Translations under genes and position numbers: made by a program
Part shown: positions 63,516 through 64,000 of the stretch, piece after piece
How positions within the stretch are numbered: position 1 is the stretch's first letter
How the letters are laid out: each line of letters opens with the position of its first letter
Assembly: GCA_028534125.1 (NCBI GenBank)
Contig: CM052817.1
Location: 10,790,001 to 10,854,000 of the forward strand
From: Lama glama
Lineage: Eukaryota
Reading direction: 5' to 3'
Length of the DNA stretch: 64,000 bases
The notes under the pieces: model-generated
Database searches by the model: none
Told to the model about the DNA's origin: nothing
Seen by the model: the letters and a program-made list of their open reading frames with translations, nothing else

Positions 63516-64000
63516 AGGGGGATAATAAACTTTACCTCGCAATAGACAGGTTCTTGTATTGTAACACGTAACAAACAGTGATGGTAAGAAAGCTTTCATT
63601 ATTCCCTGAATGAAAAATACCTGTTGTCTAAGCTTTTCTATATGATTCCACAGCTTCAACCATTTTCCCTTCCTTAGGCAAATACCATCCTTTCCCATTG
63701 ATAAATCATCTTTTTAAAGTCCATCCACCAGGAAGGCCTCTCTACAGACCAGACCCACAGTAATCCATCTCGCTCCTTCCGGCAGGCATTTTGATTCATA
63801 TCTCATGGCTACTTTTTTTTCTAAAGGAATATGGTATTATTTTTGTAAAAATAATGTATGCTTATTATGAATTCAAGCAATATAGAAAAGCACACATACA
63901 CACATACAAATTAAAATATCACGTCAAATTTTTCCACTCAAAACTAATCAATATTTTTAGGTGAATACTGTTCTGCATGTTTGTCTATATGTAAATGTAC

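Noticed and set aside
1..64000. L1 minus-strand excess suggesting an intron of a plus-strand gene
   Set aside because: Few elements, and the LTRs are split about evenly between strands; no exon found.

Overview
Mammalian non-coding DNA, almost certainly camelid (camel/alpaca/llama), judged from four tRNA-Ala-derived Vic-1-type SINEs. It is not microbial. I found no credible host protein-coding exon, functional RNA gene or CRISPR array. The supplied ORFs are chance frames or broken L1 ORF2. Much of the window is layered transposon debris: MIR, L2, L1 of several ages, MaLR/ERVL/ERV1 solo LTRs, and Tigger, Charlie, Blackjack and Tip100 DNA transposons. Between these lie a few repeat-free islands with regulatory-looking motifs. 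Family names come from my recall of consensus sequences, not a search. Boundaries of old repeats are approximate (tens of bp); TSD and motif coordinates were read directly. I cannot support a new biological system. Best leads: (1) an unnamed solo LTR with two near-consensus estrogen response elements (34279-35148); (2) an LTR41-borne CTCF motif (56749-56765); (3) a CpG-retaining island with FOX/SOX/octamer motifs (about 11.0-11.7 kb); (4) a paired AP-2 inverted repeat (27943-28016); (5) a 94-codon stop-free frame with CR1 RT-like residues (19596-19880).
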